Assembly: GCA_017475525.1 (NCBI GenBank) | Contig: JAFVFH010000036.1 | Span: forward strand, 1-52,344 | Length of the DNA: 52,344 nucleotides | DNA from: Alphaproteobacteria bacterium | GTDB lineage: Bacteria; Pseudomonadota; Alphaproteobacteria; RF32; CAG-239 | Reading direction: 5' to 3' | Part shown: in pieces, positions 36,079-45,889 of the stretch | Position numbering within the stretch: position 1 is the stretch's first letter | How the letters are laid out: every line of letters starts with the position of its first letter | The notes under the pieces: model-generated | Told to the model about the DNA's origin: nothing | What the model saw: only the letters and a program-made list of their open reading frames with translations | Database searches by the model: none | Program-made: the position numbers and the translations under genes

Positions 36079-36747
36079 ATGATGATTATCACAATTGACG
36101 GGCCGGCTGCCGCCGGAAAAGGAACTGTTTCAAAAGTATTGTCTGAGAAATATAAGCTTGCATATTTTGATACGGGGATGATTTATCGTGCTGTCGGTTT
36201 GGAGGTTGTTTTAAGAGGCTTAAACCCCGAAAATGAGGAGCATGCCTTAAATGTTGCCAAATCAATGACTTTTGAAAAGATGATGGAGCTCTCTCAAAAT
36301 CCGGATTTCAGAACAGATGTCGGAGGTTTGGCGGCTTCCAAAGTCTCAGCGATTAATTCGGTGCGTCAGATTCTTTTGAAAATGCAGCAAGATTTTGCGC
36401 TTTCTCCTGTTTTTGCAGATGGCTCAAAAGCCAACGGAGTGATTTATGACGGACGCGACACCGGAACGGTTGTTTGTCCGAATGCGGATATTAAATTTTT
36501 TGTGACAGCTTCAACCGAAGTTCGCGCCATGCGCCGCTTTAAGGAGTTTGAAAGCAAAGGCATCAAAACGACTTATGAAAAAGTTTTGGAAGATATGATA
36601 GCGCGCGACAAACGCGATTCCGAGCGAAAATCCGCGCCGATGAAACCCGCCGTTGACGCCATTATCATGGACACGTCAAATATGGATGCAAACGCTGAAA
36701 TTGAGGCTGTCTTAAAAATCGTTGAAGAGAAAATAGAGGTCGCTTAA
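36079..36747 (+). CDS. cmk: Cytidylate kinase
   Basis: ITIDGPAAAGKGTVSK, DTGMIYRA, GRDTGTVV, and RD..D..R..AP. Confidence 0.9.
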   Translation: MMIITIDGPAAAGKGTVSKVLSEKYKLAYFDTGMIYRAVGLEVVLRGLNPENEEHALNVAKSMTFEKMMELSQNPDFRTDVGGLAASKVSAINSVRQILLKMQQDFALSPVFADGSKANGVIYDGRDTGTVVCPNADIKFFVTASTEVRAMRRFKEFESKGIKTTYEKVLEDMIARDKRDSERKSAPMKPAVDAIIMDTSNMDANAEIEAVLKIVEEKIEVA

Positions 36748-36796
36748 ATAATAAAATAATGCTTGATTTTTTTCAAAGCTACACTTATGATGATAA

Positions 36797-36955
36797 GTGC
36801 AGCGGGTTGTTGCAGTGTCTAATCAACACTTAAAATCCGAGGAAACTCCTCATGAAGGGGAGTTCTTGAGATAAGCATATTTTATGGCGAATAAAAGAGT
36901 CTGTTCTCGGACAGTTGATTAGCTCCCCGTTTTGATTTTTCAAAGCGGTTTTTTT
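36797..36955 (+). promoter_or_regulatory. Structured leader RNA, copy D (upstream of the pilin-like gene)
   Basis: Promoter TTGATT(36763-36768)-17-TATGAT(36786-36791). Same helices and conserved single-stranded blocks as the other copies. Terminator CCGTTTTGA/TCAAAGCGG plus T7. Confidence 0.7.
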
Positions 36956-36976
36956 AGTAACTTTTAACGGAGAATA

Positions 36977-37627
36977 ATGATGAATAAAGAAAATGGTCGT
37001 TCTATGGTCGAAATGCTGGGTGTTTTGGCGATTGTCGGGGTATTGAGCGCAGGTGCTTTGGCAGGCTATTTGAAAGCAATGACGCAACATAAACTCAATA
37101 AACATACACAAGAAATCAGTTATCTTTTGGCAACGGCAATTTATAATCAAGACAAAATCATTGATACAAATTCACAAGAAGAGTACATATCAGCTTTAGA
37201 TGCTCTTGGAGCTTTTACATGGACGACAAATTTGCAAAATCAAGGAGAATCAACATATAAAATCATGACAGACAGCCTTCAAAATACCATATCTTTTGAG
37301 CACAGTGCAGGTAGCGGTACGGCCTTTGTTGTCATTTTAAATAAGTCTGATTTCAGGATGAAGGTGTGTTACAATTATATCAACATTTTCAAAAACCTTT
37401 CAAATGAACTCGACGTAATTTATGTAACAAGAAGTAAAACAGGACAAGCAAAAGAGAGAAATACATATATTGGCAAAACATGCACATCAGAAAAATGTTT
37501 GGAAACTATAACAAATACTGATATTTCAGAACTTTGCGGACAAGTGTGTGATGACGCGGACAGGTGTGTTTTATATGCCCTTTGGGGTTATCCTGCATCA
37601 ACAGTGGCAGGTTTGCTCGGGCAATAA
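36977..37627 (+). CDS. Type IV pilin/pseudopilin-like protein with non-canonical prepilin signal
   Basis: MMNKENG|RSMVEMLGVLAIVGVLSAGALAGY: Gly, then Glu at +5, then a hydrophobic helix. Arg at +1 is unusual. Cys-rich C-terminus. Confidence 0.6.
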   Translation: MMNKENGRSMVEMLGVLAIVGVLSAGALAGYLKAMTQHKLNKHTQEISYLLATAIYNQDKIIDTNSQEEYISALDALGAFTWTTNLQNQGESTYKIMTDSLQNTISFEHSAGSGTAFVVILNKSDFRMKVCYNYINIFKNLSNELDVIYVTRSKTGQAKERNTYIGKTCTSEKCLETITNTDISELCGQVCDDADRCVLYALWGYPASTVAGLLGQ

Positions 37628-38320
37628 GTGTTCAAAACAAACCGCTTTCAAAACACTCAAAAATTCATCTTGCGGAATATGGATTTCGTCAGGATAGGGG
37701 TTTTCAATCAAATTCAAAACCGTATCGGTCGGCACATATTGCCCCATAAAATGGCGGATAAATGCCCACTTGGCGGCATTTAGGTCAGAAACGTCGTAAC
37801 CGATTAGGCTTAAAAGCTCTTTTTCATCGGAGATTTCAACTTTTTTTGCATTTTTCAAATCATACCAAACGCCGAAGCCGTGCCTTGCAAAATATCTCCA
37901 AGGAAATGCTTTTCCGGGGTCTGCTTTTCGTATGGGCGCAATGTCCGAATGTCCTAAAATGCGTGTTTTTTTGATGTGATATTTGCGTTTCAGACGTTTG
38001 CATAGTCTGATAAGTGCTGAAATTTGCCGGCAAGGGTAGGGTTCTTGCCCAAGGCTTGAAGAACAAAGCTCAATACCGATGGAATTGTGGTTGAGATTTT
38101 CTTTTTTTTGCCAATAACTTTTGCCAGCATGCCAAGCTCGTTTTTCATCATCGACAAATTGGTAAATCTTGCCCTTTTCATCAATCATATAGTGACTGCT
38201 GACCTCATGGCGCCGAAAGCTTTCAAGTGCACCTTTCAAATCGTGTGCGATTGAATGAATCACAATCATATCGATTTTTGCATTTCGCTCATCAAAATAA
38301 GGCACATCAATTTTTTTCAT
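37598..38320 (-). CDS. N-acetylmuramoyl-L-alanine amidase, AmpD/AmiD type (Amidase_2) with C-terminal extension
   Basis: IVIHS, SSHYMIDEKGKIYQFV, RAWHAG, NSIGIEL, GHSDIAP.RKADPG. Convergent 30-nt overlap with the pilin-like ORF. Confidence 0.8.
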   Translation of the reverse strand: MKKIDVPYFDERNAKIDMIVIHSIAHDLKGALESFRRHEVSSHYMIDEKGKIYQFVDDEKRAWHAGKSYWQKKENLNHNSIGIELCSSSLGQEPYPCRQISALIRLCKRLKRKYHIKKTRILGHSDIAPIRKADPGKAFPWRYFARHGFGVWYDLKNAKKVEISDEKELLSLIGYDVSDLNAAKWAFIRHFMGQYVPTDTVLNLIENPYPDEIHIPQDEFLSVLKAVCFEHLLPEQTCHC

Positions 38321-38322
38321 TT

Positions 38323-40002
38323 TTATCTTTCAAGCTTTTTATATTTCAAACGGTGCGGCTGACAAGCCTCATCACCCAAACGGCGCTTTTTATCTTTTTC
38401 ATATTCTTCAAAGTTGCCTTCAAACCATTCTACATGTCCTTCGTCTTCATAAGCCAAAATATGCGTTGCCAAGCGGTCTAAAAACCACCTGTCGTGCGAG
38501 GTGACCAAAACACACCCCGGATAAGCCATAATGCCCTCTTCAAGAGAACGCAGAGTATCAACATCCAAATCATTCGTCGGCTCGTCAAGCAAAATAACGT
38601 TGGCGCCCTTTTTAAGCATTTTTGCCAAGTGCACGCGGTTACGTTCACCGCCCGAAAGTTGACCGACTTTCTTTTGTTGATCCGTTCCCTTAAAGTTAAA
38701 CTGACCGACATAAGCGCGTGACGGCATTTGCTTTTTGCCAAGCATCATCATATCGAGCCCATCCGAAATTTCTTCCCATACGGTTTTGTTCGGGTTCAGC
38801 TCATCGCGCGTTTGGTCGACATAACCTAAATCGACTGTATCGCCGATTCTGATCTCACCCGAATCGGATTTAACCTGCCCCGTAATCATCTTAAATAAGG
38901 TTGTTTTGCCGGCGCCGTTGGGCCCGATAATGCCGACAATCGCGCCCTTTGGAATCTTAAACGAGAGGTTGTCAATCAAAACCCTGTCGCCATATGCCTT
39001 GCTGATATTTTTGGCTTCAATGACCAAATCGCCCAAACGTTCCGTCATCGGAATATTGATATAGGCATGCGTAATTTTGTCTTTAACCGCTTGTTGCAAA
39101 AGCTCGTCATAAGCATTGATACGCGCTTGTGATTTTGCCTGACGCGCTTTAGGGTTCTTTTGAATCCATTCCAACTCGCTTGCAAGCGTGCGCTGACGAG
39201 CCGATTCTTCTTTAGCCTCTTGCTCTAAGCGCTTTTGTTTTTGCTCTAACCATGAAGAATAATTGCCCTCATAAGGGATACCTTGCCCGCGGTCAAGTTC
39301 CAAAATCCAACCTGTCACATTGTCTAAGAAATATCTGTCGTGTGTGACCATCACAACTGTGCCTTTATAGTCTTTAAGGTGTTGCTCGAGCCATGCCACC
39401 GATTCGGCGTCCAAATGGTTTGTCGGCTCGTCAAGAAGAAGCAAATCAGGTTTAGAGAGCAAAAGCCTGCATAATGCAACACGTCTTTTTTCACCGCCGG
39501 AAAGCTTTGTCACATCAGCATCTTTTGGCGGACAGCGTAATGCGTCCATCGCAATTTCGACATTGCGCTCCAAATCCCAACCGCCGACGGCCTCAATTTT
39601 TTCGGAAAGCTCGGCTTGCTTTTCAATCAAAGCGTTCATCTCATCATCTGACATCGGCTCTGCAAATTTTAGGGAGATTTCTTCAAATTCTTTTAACAAG
39701 TCACGAACTTCAGAAACGCCGTCCATCACGTTTTCCATAACGTTTTTGTTTGGGTCTAACTTTGGTTCTTGCTCTAAATAGCCGACTTTGACGCCGTCGG
39801 CTGCCCATGCTTCACCGCCAAATTCTTTATCAACGCCTGCCATAATTTTTAATAGTGTTGATTTACCGGCACCGTTCACGCCTAAAACGCCGATTTTTGC
39901 CCCCGGCAAAAATGAAAGCGTGATGCCCTTAAAAAGTTCTTTTCCGCCCGGAAAAACCTTGCTTAAATTTTGCATAACAAAAATATATTGGTAAGAAGCC
40001 AT
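38323..40002 (-). CDS. ettA: Energy-dependent translational throttle ABC-F protein EttA
   Basis: [22 protein letters not shown]. Two ABC cassettes ([18 protein letters not shown]; two LSGGE signatures). About 555 aa. Confidence 0.9.
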   Translation of the reverse strand: MASYQYIFVMQNLSKVFPGGKELFKGITLSFLPGAKIGVLGVNGAGKSTLLKIMAGVDKEFGGEAWAADGVKVGYLEQEPKLDPNKNVMENVMDGVSEVRDLLKEFEEISLKFAEPMSDDEMNALIEKQAELSEKIEAVGGWDLERNVEIAMDALRCPPKDADVTKLSGGEKRRVALCRLLLSKPDLLLLDEPTNHLDAESVAWLEQHLKDYKGTVVMVTHDRYFLDNVTGWILELDRGQGIPYEGNYSSWLEQKQKRLEQEAKEESARQRTLASELEWIQKNPKARQAKSQARINAYDELLQQAVKDKITHAYINIPMTERLGDLVIEAKNISKAYGDRVLIDNLSFKIPKGAIVGIIGPNGAGKTTLFKMITGQVKSDSGEIRIGDTVDLGYVDQTRDELNPNKTVWEEISDGLDMMMLGKKQMPSRAYVGQFNFKGTDQQKKVGQLSGGERNRVHLAKMLKKGANVILLDEPTNDLDVDTLRSLEEGIMAYPGCVLVTSHDRWFLDRLATHILAYEDEGHVEWFEGNFEEYEKDKKRRLGDEACQPHRLKYKKLER

Positions 40003-40033
40003 TTGCCTTATTCCTTATCAAACAAAAAAGAGA

Positions 40034-40696
40034 TTAAAATTGGTCTTGCGCCTGTTTTGCACGCAAAGCTTTTTGATAGTTCGGATCCTTTGTGATTTGT
40101 TCGCGCGTTTTTTGATAAAGCTCCATCATTTTTTTGCGTGCGTCCGGATCTTTTTGATAAACGAGCGTTGCATCATAAATTTGGCGCGGCTTAACAATTT
40201 TTCCGTCAGGCATTTTGAGCGTTCCGTCGCCGTAAATCACGGTTTTGAAAATCTTCTGATTGTCAAAAGAGGCGGCAATTTGTGAGCATCCTATCATATT
40301 ATCTTTTATTTTTGAAATAAATGATTCGGCTTTCGCCTCATTAAATACTTGCATTCCTTGAGCCTGCTCACTGTCTGATTTTGCCTTTGAAATCAAAAAG
40401 GCACGCGCAATCAGTTCAAAAGTGTCATATTTTGAAGCGTTGCAAGCAAGACCTTGGCCCGCAAGATATCCCAAAGCCCGAACTTCTTCAACATAAGTAG
40501 GCACGGCAGCCTTTGCCTCAAATGAAAGTAAAGATACGATAAAAGCAAAAATGAAGAACCATCCGGCTAACGCCGGAGGTATCTCCGTTCCCTCCAAGCT
40601 GCGCTTGCCAATCCGACTGAAAGTCGGCTTGGAATTCGCTTTCCACCGGCTGACGCCAGTGGTTTGCGCATTTGATGTTATCAAAACTTTTTTCAT
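40034..40696 (-). CDS. Hypothetical membrane-anchored/secreted protein
   Basis: Hydrophobic segment GWFFIFAFIVSLLSFEAKA. Start uncertain: ATG 40696 is chosen, and the longer 40819 start would run into the rpmJ promoter region. Confidence 0.4.
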   Translation of the reverse strand: MKKVLITSNAQTTGVSRWKANSKPTFSRIGKRSLEGTEIPPALAGWFFIFAFIVSLLSFEAKAAVPTYVEEVRALGYLAGQGLACNASKYDTFELIARAFLISKAKSDSEQAQGMQVFNEAKAESFISKIKDNMIGCSQIAASFDNQKIFKTVIYGDGTLKMPDGKIVKPRQIYDATLVYQKDPDARKKMMELYQKTREQITKDPNYQKALRAKQAQDQF

Positions 40697-40856
40697 AAAT
40701 ATAAATCCGTTAATGTTAACACATGTAAGCATCATATATAAAATAAGTAAAAAAGCAATTAAAATAAAAAAATTTACAAAATGTAAAAATTTTAGTTGAC
40801 ATTTCATATCTTTTATCATAAGTTGCCACCAAATTGTTACGAAAAGGAAAATTAAA

Positions 40857-40982
40857 ATGAAGTGCTACAGTTCTTTGAAATCTAAGAAAACGCGCGATAA
40901 AGACTGCAAGGTTGTCCGTCGTAAAGGTCGCGTTTATGTGATCAATAAAAAGAATCCGAAGCTCAAAGCTCGTCAGGGATAA
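40857..40982 (+). CDS. rpmJ: 50S ribosomal protein L36
   Basis: Not in the ORF track (41 aa). [41 protein letters not shown] has the canonical L36 pattern. AAGGAAA RBS. Confidence 0.85.
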   Translation: MKCYSSLKSKKTRDKDCKVVRRKGRVYVINKKNPKLKARQG

Positions 40983-41007
40983 TCTTTTGTATTGTGTTTA
41001 TAGGTTT

Positions 41008-41036
41008 AAAACCCGCTGTTTTCAAGCGGGTTTTTA
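41008..41036 (+). terminator. Rho-independent terminator after rpmJ
   Basis: ACCCGCT-gttttca-AGCGGGT followed by T5. Confidence 0.8.
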
Positions 41037-41134
41037 ATTTTTGTCATGGATTATATAAAAAAATACTTTAAAAATCTTCCGAAAAAAAGTAAAATAAAAA
41101 GAGTTTTGAAACAAAGCAGGCTGTGTGTAAGAAA

Positions 41135-41998
41135 ATGCTTCTTGTATTACTGATAAATATTTTAATTGTCGGAGCCGGATACGGGCTGATTGCAATAGCC
41201 TTTGCCGTGATGAGCTCTGTTTCTCCTTTTTTTAACTTAACCCTTGGCTCTATTATCGCGTTTGGCGCCTATGGCACATACGGTTTAACCGAATACGCGC
41301 ATTTGCCGATGGCTGTTGCTATTGTGATCAGCATTGCTTTTTGTGCTTGTGCGGCGGCTTTGCTTGAGAGATTTGTTTATACACCTTTGAGAACAAGGGG
41401 GGCTTCTTCAATGGTGCTTTTGGTTGCCTCGTTAGGCCTTTATACGATTTTTGAAGCCTCTATTCATCTTGCTTTCGGTCCGCAATATCAAATTTTAGGC
41501 GGTGCTTTGGGGCAAAACATGAATCTCGGCATTTTTTCAATGCCGAAAGTGCAGTTTATCACGATTGTCGCAGATTTTATTGTTTTCGGGCTCGTTAATC
41601 TTTTGTTGTTCCATACGTTTTTCGGCAAAATGGTGCGAGCCCTCAATGACAGTGCCAAACTGGCGAATATAACGGGGTTGAACAATAACAAAATCATTTT
41701 GATTGTCTCAATGCTTTCCGGCTTGATTTTGGGGCTTTCGGGTGTTTTAACCGGCTTTGATACGGGCCTTGAGCCGACAATGGGCTTTAATTTGTTGTTT
41801 AAGGGAATGATTGGTGCCATCATCGGCGGCTCCGGCTCGTTGTATGGGCCGTTTTTAGGCGCGTTCTTTTTGGCGGCAGCCGAAAATGTCGGGGTGATGC
41901 TTTGGGCTTCCGAGTGGCGTGACTTGGTTGCGTTTGTGATTTTCATCATCTTTTTGATATTCCGCCCGCAAGGCATTTTTCAAAGGAAGGAAAAGTAA
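41135..41998 (+). CDS. livH: Branched-chain amino acid ABC transporter permease (LivH-type)
   Basis: About 8 TM helices. Family-typical GYGLIA, MVRALNDS..LA...G, and IIGG.GS..G. ATG 41135 preferred over GTG 41123. Confidence 0.8.
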   Translation: MLLVLLINILIVGAGYGLIAIAFAVMSSVSPFFNLTLGSIIAFGAYGTYGLTEYAHLPMAVAIVISIAFCACAAALLERFVYTPLRTRGASSMVLLVASLGLYTIFEASIHLAFGPQYQILGGALGQNMNLGIFSMPKVQFITIVADFIVFGLVNLLLFHTFFGKMVRALNDSAKLANITGLNNNKIILIVSMLSGLILGLSGVLTGFDTGLEPTMGFNLLFKGMIGAIIGGSGSLYGPFLGAFFLAAAENVGVMLWASEWRDLVAFVIFIIFLIFRPQGIFQRKEK

Positions 41999-43102
41999 AT
42001 GCTTAAAAAATTGATTTTGAGTTTATGTTTTATTTTAGCGCTTAGCGCTTGCAAGGAAGAGAACAAAACCCAAGCGCAAGCAAAACCCGTCATCAAAATC
42101 GGTGCTAATTTACATTTAACAGGTCAGCTTGCTCATACGGGAGCGGGTGCAAAAAATGCATTGCAAATGGCTTTTGAAAAGTGGCAAAAAAAAGACACGA
42201 AATATCGCTATGAATTGATTTTTGAAGATGATATGATGAAAACGCAACAGGCTGCCGTTAATACACAAAAATTGATTAATATTGACGGCGTTCGTGCCGT
42301 TTTGTCTTTGTTTGGTATTGTTGATCGAGTGATTGATGATATTGCAAATCAAAACAAGGTTATTTCCGTGTCATGCTCTTACGGCAAAAGCGAGGTGCCT
42401 GAATATGGGGTGAACACCGGTGCTCAGAATGAAGAAATTTATGGCGCCGTTGTCCGTCAACTCAAAAAAGAAAATGTCAAAACCGTTGTGTTAGAAGGTT
42501 CTCAATCAGCTGTCAGCTTTGCTATTTTGGATTATTTTGCGGCGCATTTACCGCAAGATGGTATCAAGGTTCTTGCAAATGAAAAACATAATTTAGATGT
42601 CAGAGATTTTCGCACTTCCATACAAAAAACAGAAGTCCTAAAACCTGATTATTACCTGATTTTCGGGGTTGAGCCGATGAACAGTATTTTTACAAAACAA
42701 TACCGTGAAATAACAGGCAAAAATAATTTAGCTTCGCTCGGAAATTTTCCTGAAATAGCCGATTCTCTGTGGCCTAATTTGGAGGGGCTTTGGTCTGCTT
42801 CACTCATTGGCGGAACATCTGAATTTTCTCAGCAGTATGAAACACGCTTTCACGATAGAGTGCATGGTTGCTCGGCAAATTTATATGATGCTCTCAATAT
42901 GTTGATGATGGCTTTTGAAAATGCGCCTGTAAAAGAAGGAAAAGACATTCCGGAAAATATAGATGTCGTTCAATATATGCGCCATATCGGCACGTATAAT
43001 GGCGCTTTCGGAATGATTGAAATGGGTATAAACGGTATAGGTCATCCGAGTGTTGATATTGTCAAACTTCAAAACGGAAAATGGGTAAAAATTGGGGAGT
43101 AA
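41999..43102 (+). CDS. Type-1 periplasmic-binding-fold (LivK-like) substrate-binding lipoprotein, paralog 1
   Basis: Lipobox LALSAC followed by KEENK. IKIGANLHLTGQ.A..G. Closest paralog is 48010..49104. Confidence 0.75.
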   Translation: MLKKLILSLCFILALSACKEENKTQAQAKPVIKIGANLHLTGQLAHTGAGAKNALQMAFEKWQKKDTKYRYELIFEDDMMKTQQAAVNTQKLINIDGVRAVLSLFGIVDRVIDDIANQNKVISVSCSYGKSEVPEYGVNTGAQNEEIYGAVVRQLKKENVKTVVLEGSQSAVSFAILDYFAAHLPQDGIKVLANEKHNLDVRDFRTSIQKTEVLKPDYYLIFGVEPMNSIFTKQYREITGKNNLASLGNFPEIADSLWPNLEGLWSASLIGGTSEFSQQYETRFHDRVHGCSANLYDALNMLMMAFENAPVKEGKDIPENIDVVQYMRHIGTYNGAFGMIEMGINGIGHPSVDIVKLQNGKWVKIGE

Positions 43103-43106
43103 TAAC

Positions 43107-44192
43107 ATGAAAAAACTGATATTAATTTTAGGTTGTGTTTTAGCCCTTTCGGCGTGTAAGGAAGAAAACAAGCAACAAGGGAAAGAAAAACCCGTTGTTA
43201 AAATCGGGGCGATTTTGCCTTTAACGGGAGGCGCAGCGGCTTTAGGTGCTTCGCTTAAAGCCGGCACAATGGCCGCCCTTGAAGACAAAGAAAAAGAGGG
43301 CTTAAAATATCACTATAAGGTTGTTTTTGAAGACAATCAGCACATGCCGGCAAAAACGGCACCGGCGGCAAACAAGTTGATTGCATCGGATAAAGTCAAT
43401 ATGCTTTTAACTTTCACAACAGGCCCCGGACGCGTCGCTGCGCCTATTGCTGAGAGCGCAGGCCTGCTTCAAATGTGTGCCACGCTTGAAAATGAATTTG
43501 CCGAACCGATGGGAAAGACCACATTTTTCCAAGGTCCGACGGTTCAAAGCTATCAGCGGATTTTGCTCAGTGCACTTGAAAAACGCGGTATTAAAAAAAT
43601 CGCGATGCTTGCGGCAAATGTCGGCGTTGCTTGTTCGGGAACAGAGGCTCTCTCAAAAATGCTCTCTCAAAAAGATATTGAAAATGAGGTTGAGTGCTTC
43701 AATCCGTCGGATAGAGATTTCAGATTGCCCATTCAAAAATATGTCAAAGAAGGGTATGAATATTTTTATTTGCAGTTTTTCCCACCGCAAACAGATATTT
43801 TGGTGCGCGAATTAAAAGCGCAAAATATTGCGCCCGAGCATATTTTCGGCTCAGGTATTGATACGGGTTCTGACGTTTCGCTTTTTGAAAATATCAATCA
43901 CGTCGGCGGAAGCTCAGGTACACAGGCGTTTATTGATCGCTTAATGGCGGAATACAAAATTGACAATGTTTATATGGCGGCTTCTTCTTATGACCTGATT
44001 GGTCTTGCCATAGATGCTTTTGAAAATGCGCGCGACATCAAAAATATTGATGAAATTGTGGCTTATATCAAAGCACACGCAACGCGCAAATGCGAATCCG
44101 GCGATTGCAGGCTTTTGGAAAACGGCTTTATTGCAAACGAAGCCGAATGGCGCACATATATTGGCGGTAAACCGGTTGCTTTGGAGGAGTGA
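43107..44192 (+). CDS. LivK-like substrate-binding lipoprotein, paralog 2
   Basis: MKKLILILGCVLALSACKEENK. VKIGAILPLTGGAAALG. Confidence 0.75.
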   Translation: MKKLILILGCVLALSACKEENKQQGKEKPVVKIGAILPLTGGAAALGASLKAGTMAALEDKEKEGLKYHYKVVFEDNQHMPAKTAPAANKLIASDKVNMLLTFTTGPGRVAAPIAESAGLLQMCATLENEFAEPMGKTTFFQGPTVQSYQRILLSALEKRGIKKIAMLAANVGVACSGTEALSKMLSQKDIENEVECFNPSDRDFRLPIQKYVKEGYEYFYLQFFPPQTDILVRELKAQNIAPEHIFGSGIDTGSDVSLFENINHVGGSSGTQAFIDRLMAEYKIDNVYMAASSYDLIGLAIDAFENARDIKNIDEIVAYIKAHATRKCESGDCRLLENGFIANEAEWRTYIGGKPVALEE

Positions 44193-44197
44193 TAACG

Positions 44198-45064
44198 GTG
44201 GAATATTTAATCAATCTCGGTATTTTGTTTTGTATTTATGCCATGCTCGCTTTGTCACTTAATATGGTGGTCGGGCTCTCGGGGCTTGTGTCGCTTGCCC
44301 ATGCCGCATTTTATGGCATAGGCGCTTATGCCGTGGCGATTTTGATGACGATGCACGGCTTTGGTTTTTGGTCCTCGATGCTTGCGGGCGTCGTCTTAAA
44401 CGGCATAACGGCATTTGCCGTTGGCAAAATTCTTTCAAAATTCAAGGGTGATTATTATGCGATTGTGTCGGCAGGGTTGTCGGTGATTGTGTTTTCGGTT
44501 CTGCTTAACTTTAAGTCTTTAACAAAAGGCCCGCTTGGCATATACGGCATCGGCAAACCTTCTGTTGCAGGTTTTCATTTTTCTTCTTCCTTATCATTTT
44601 TGGCGCTTGCGTTTGTTTTTGTGGTGCTTTTTTATGCGCTTTTCGTGTTGATAGATAAATCCTCATTCGGCAGAGCCTTAAAAGGCTTGCGAGAAGATGA
44701 AGTTTTGACGGTGTCATTGGGCTATAAAACAACAAAATATAAAAGCCTCATCTTCACATTATCTGCCATGATGGCGGGTGTTGCAGGCAGTTTTTTTGCA
44801 AGCTATATTGCTTTTATTGACCCGACATCGTTTCAGCTTGCAGAAGGCATTTTCTTCTTTACGATGATAACTGTCGGCGGTCTTTCGTCAGCTTTCGGGA
44901 GCGTTGTTGGTGCGGCGCTTTTGCTAATACTTCCGGAGGCCTTGCGCTTTTTGGGACTTCCGTATGAAACGGCGGCACAACTTCAACAGCTCATATACGG
45001 TGCGCTTCTTGTGATGATGATGGCTTTTCGCCCGCAAGGGTTGTTTGGAAAATTTAAGGTATAA
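44198..45064 (+). CDS. livM: Branched-chain amino acid ABC transporter permease (LivM-type)
   Basis: GLSGLVSLAHAAFYGIGAY. GGAGGAG RBS 8 nt before GTG 44198; GTG 44189 is an alternative start. Confidence 0.8.
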   Translation: MEYLINLGILFCIYAMLALSLNMVVGLSGLVSLAHAAFYGIGAYAVAILMTMHGFGFWSSMLAGVVLNGITAFAVGKILSKFKGDYYAIVSAGLSVIVFSVLLNFKSLTKGPLGIYGIGKPSVAGFHFSSSLSFLALAFVFVVLFYALFVLIDKSSFGRALKGLREDEVLTVSLGYKTTKYKSLIFTLSAMMAGVAGSFFASYIAFIDPTSFQLAEGIFFFTMITVGGLSSAFGSVVGAALLLILPEALRFLGLPYETAAQLQQLIYGALLVMMMAFRPQGLFGKFKV

Positions 45065-45067
45065 AAA

Positions 45068-45889
45068 ATGGCAATAAACGAAATCTTAAAAAAATATAAG
45101 TCGATAGATAAAGGGCTTGCGAGTGAGCGAATGGACGTTTTTCAAGAAGGTCTGGATGCCGTTTCAACGCTTCATTTGAGCAAATCGTTTATGGGTATTA
45201 AAGCTGTGAATGATTTGAGTATTTCTTTTCCTTTAGGGTTGGTCACAGGGCTCATCGGCCCGAACGGCTCAGGTAAATCAACGCTGATTAATTTGCTGAC
45301 AGGACTGCTCACTCCCGATGCCGGCTCAATTGTTATTTCAGGTCGTGCATTTCCTTATATCAAACCGTATAAGCTCCGCAAATTTAAGATGGCGCGCACT
45401 TTTCAAGATGCCAGACTTGTGGAACAACTCAGTGTTGAAGACAACCTGCTTTTGAGCGTGGCGCAAAATAAAATAGAAAAGAGCCTGTTTGAATTGAGCA
45501 CAAAAGCATATCGCAAAAAACTTGAGGGAATATTGATTAAAACAGGCTTGAAAGATCATCGCTTCAAAAAAGCGGAAGAGCTTTCTTACGGGCAAAGAAA
45601 GCTCTTGGAAATCGGCAGAGCTTGGATGCAGGAAGCTGATATTTATATTTTTGATGAGCCGTTTACGGGGCTTTCGCCGCAAATGGTTGAAGAGGTTTTA
45701 TCCATTATTGAAATTTTGCGTGTTGAAGGCAAAACGGTGATTTTGATTGAACATAATATGGGCCTGATTGAAAAGCTTTCGGACTATGTGATTGTCTTAG
45801 ACCATGGAACGCTTCTTGCCTCAGGCGCACCGAAAGATGTTTTGAAAAACAAACTTGTCCAAGAAGCATATTTGGGAGTACAAAAATAA
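45068..45889 (+). CDS. livG: Branched-chain amino acid ABC transporter ATP-binding protein (LivG-type)
   Basis: GPNGSGKST, LSYGQRKLLEI, IFDEPFTGL. Confidence 0.85.
   Translation: MAINEILKKYKSIDKGLASERMDVFQEGLDAVSTLHLSKSFMGIKAVNDLSISFPLGLVTGLIGPNGSGKSTLINLLTGLLTPDAGSIVISGRAFPYIKPYKLRKFKMARTFQDARLVEQLSVEDNLLLSVAQNKIEKSLFELSTKAYRKKLEGILIKTGLKDHRFKKAEELSYGQRKLLEIGRAWMQEADIYIFDEPFTGLSPQMVEEVLSIIEILRVEGKTVILIEHNMGLIEKLSDYVIVLDHGTLLASGAPKDVLKNKLVQEAYLGVQK

Noticed and set aside
41488-41976. Long antisense ORFs inside housekeeping genes (also 50152..50625, 46605..47108, 42881..43288, 5945..6436, 4392..4832)
   Set aside because: Each is fully contained in, and antisense or out of frame to, a CDS with clear family motifs. 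They are judged to be shadow ORFs.
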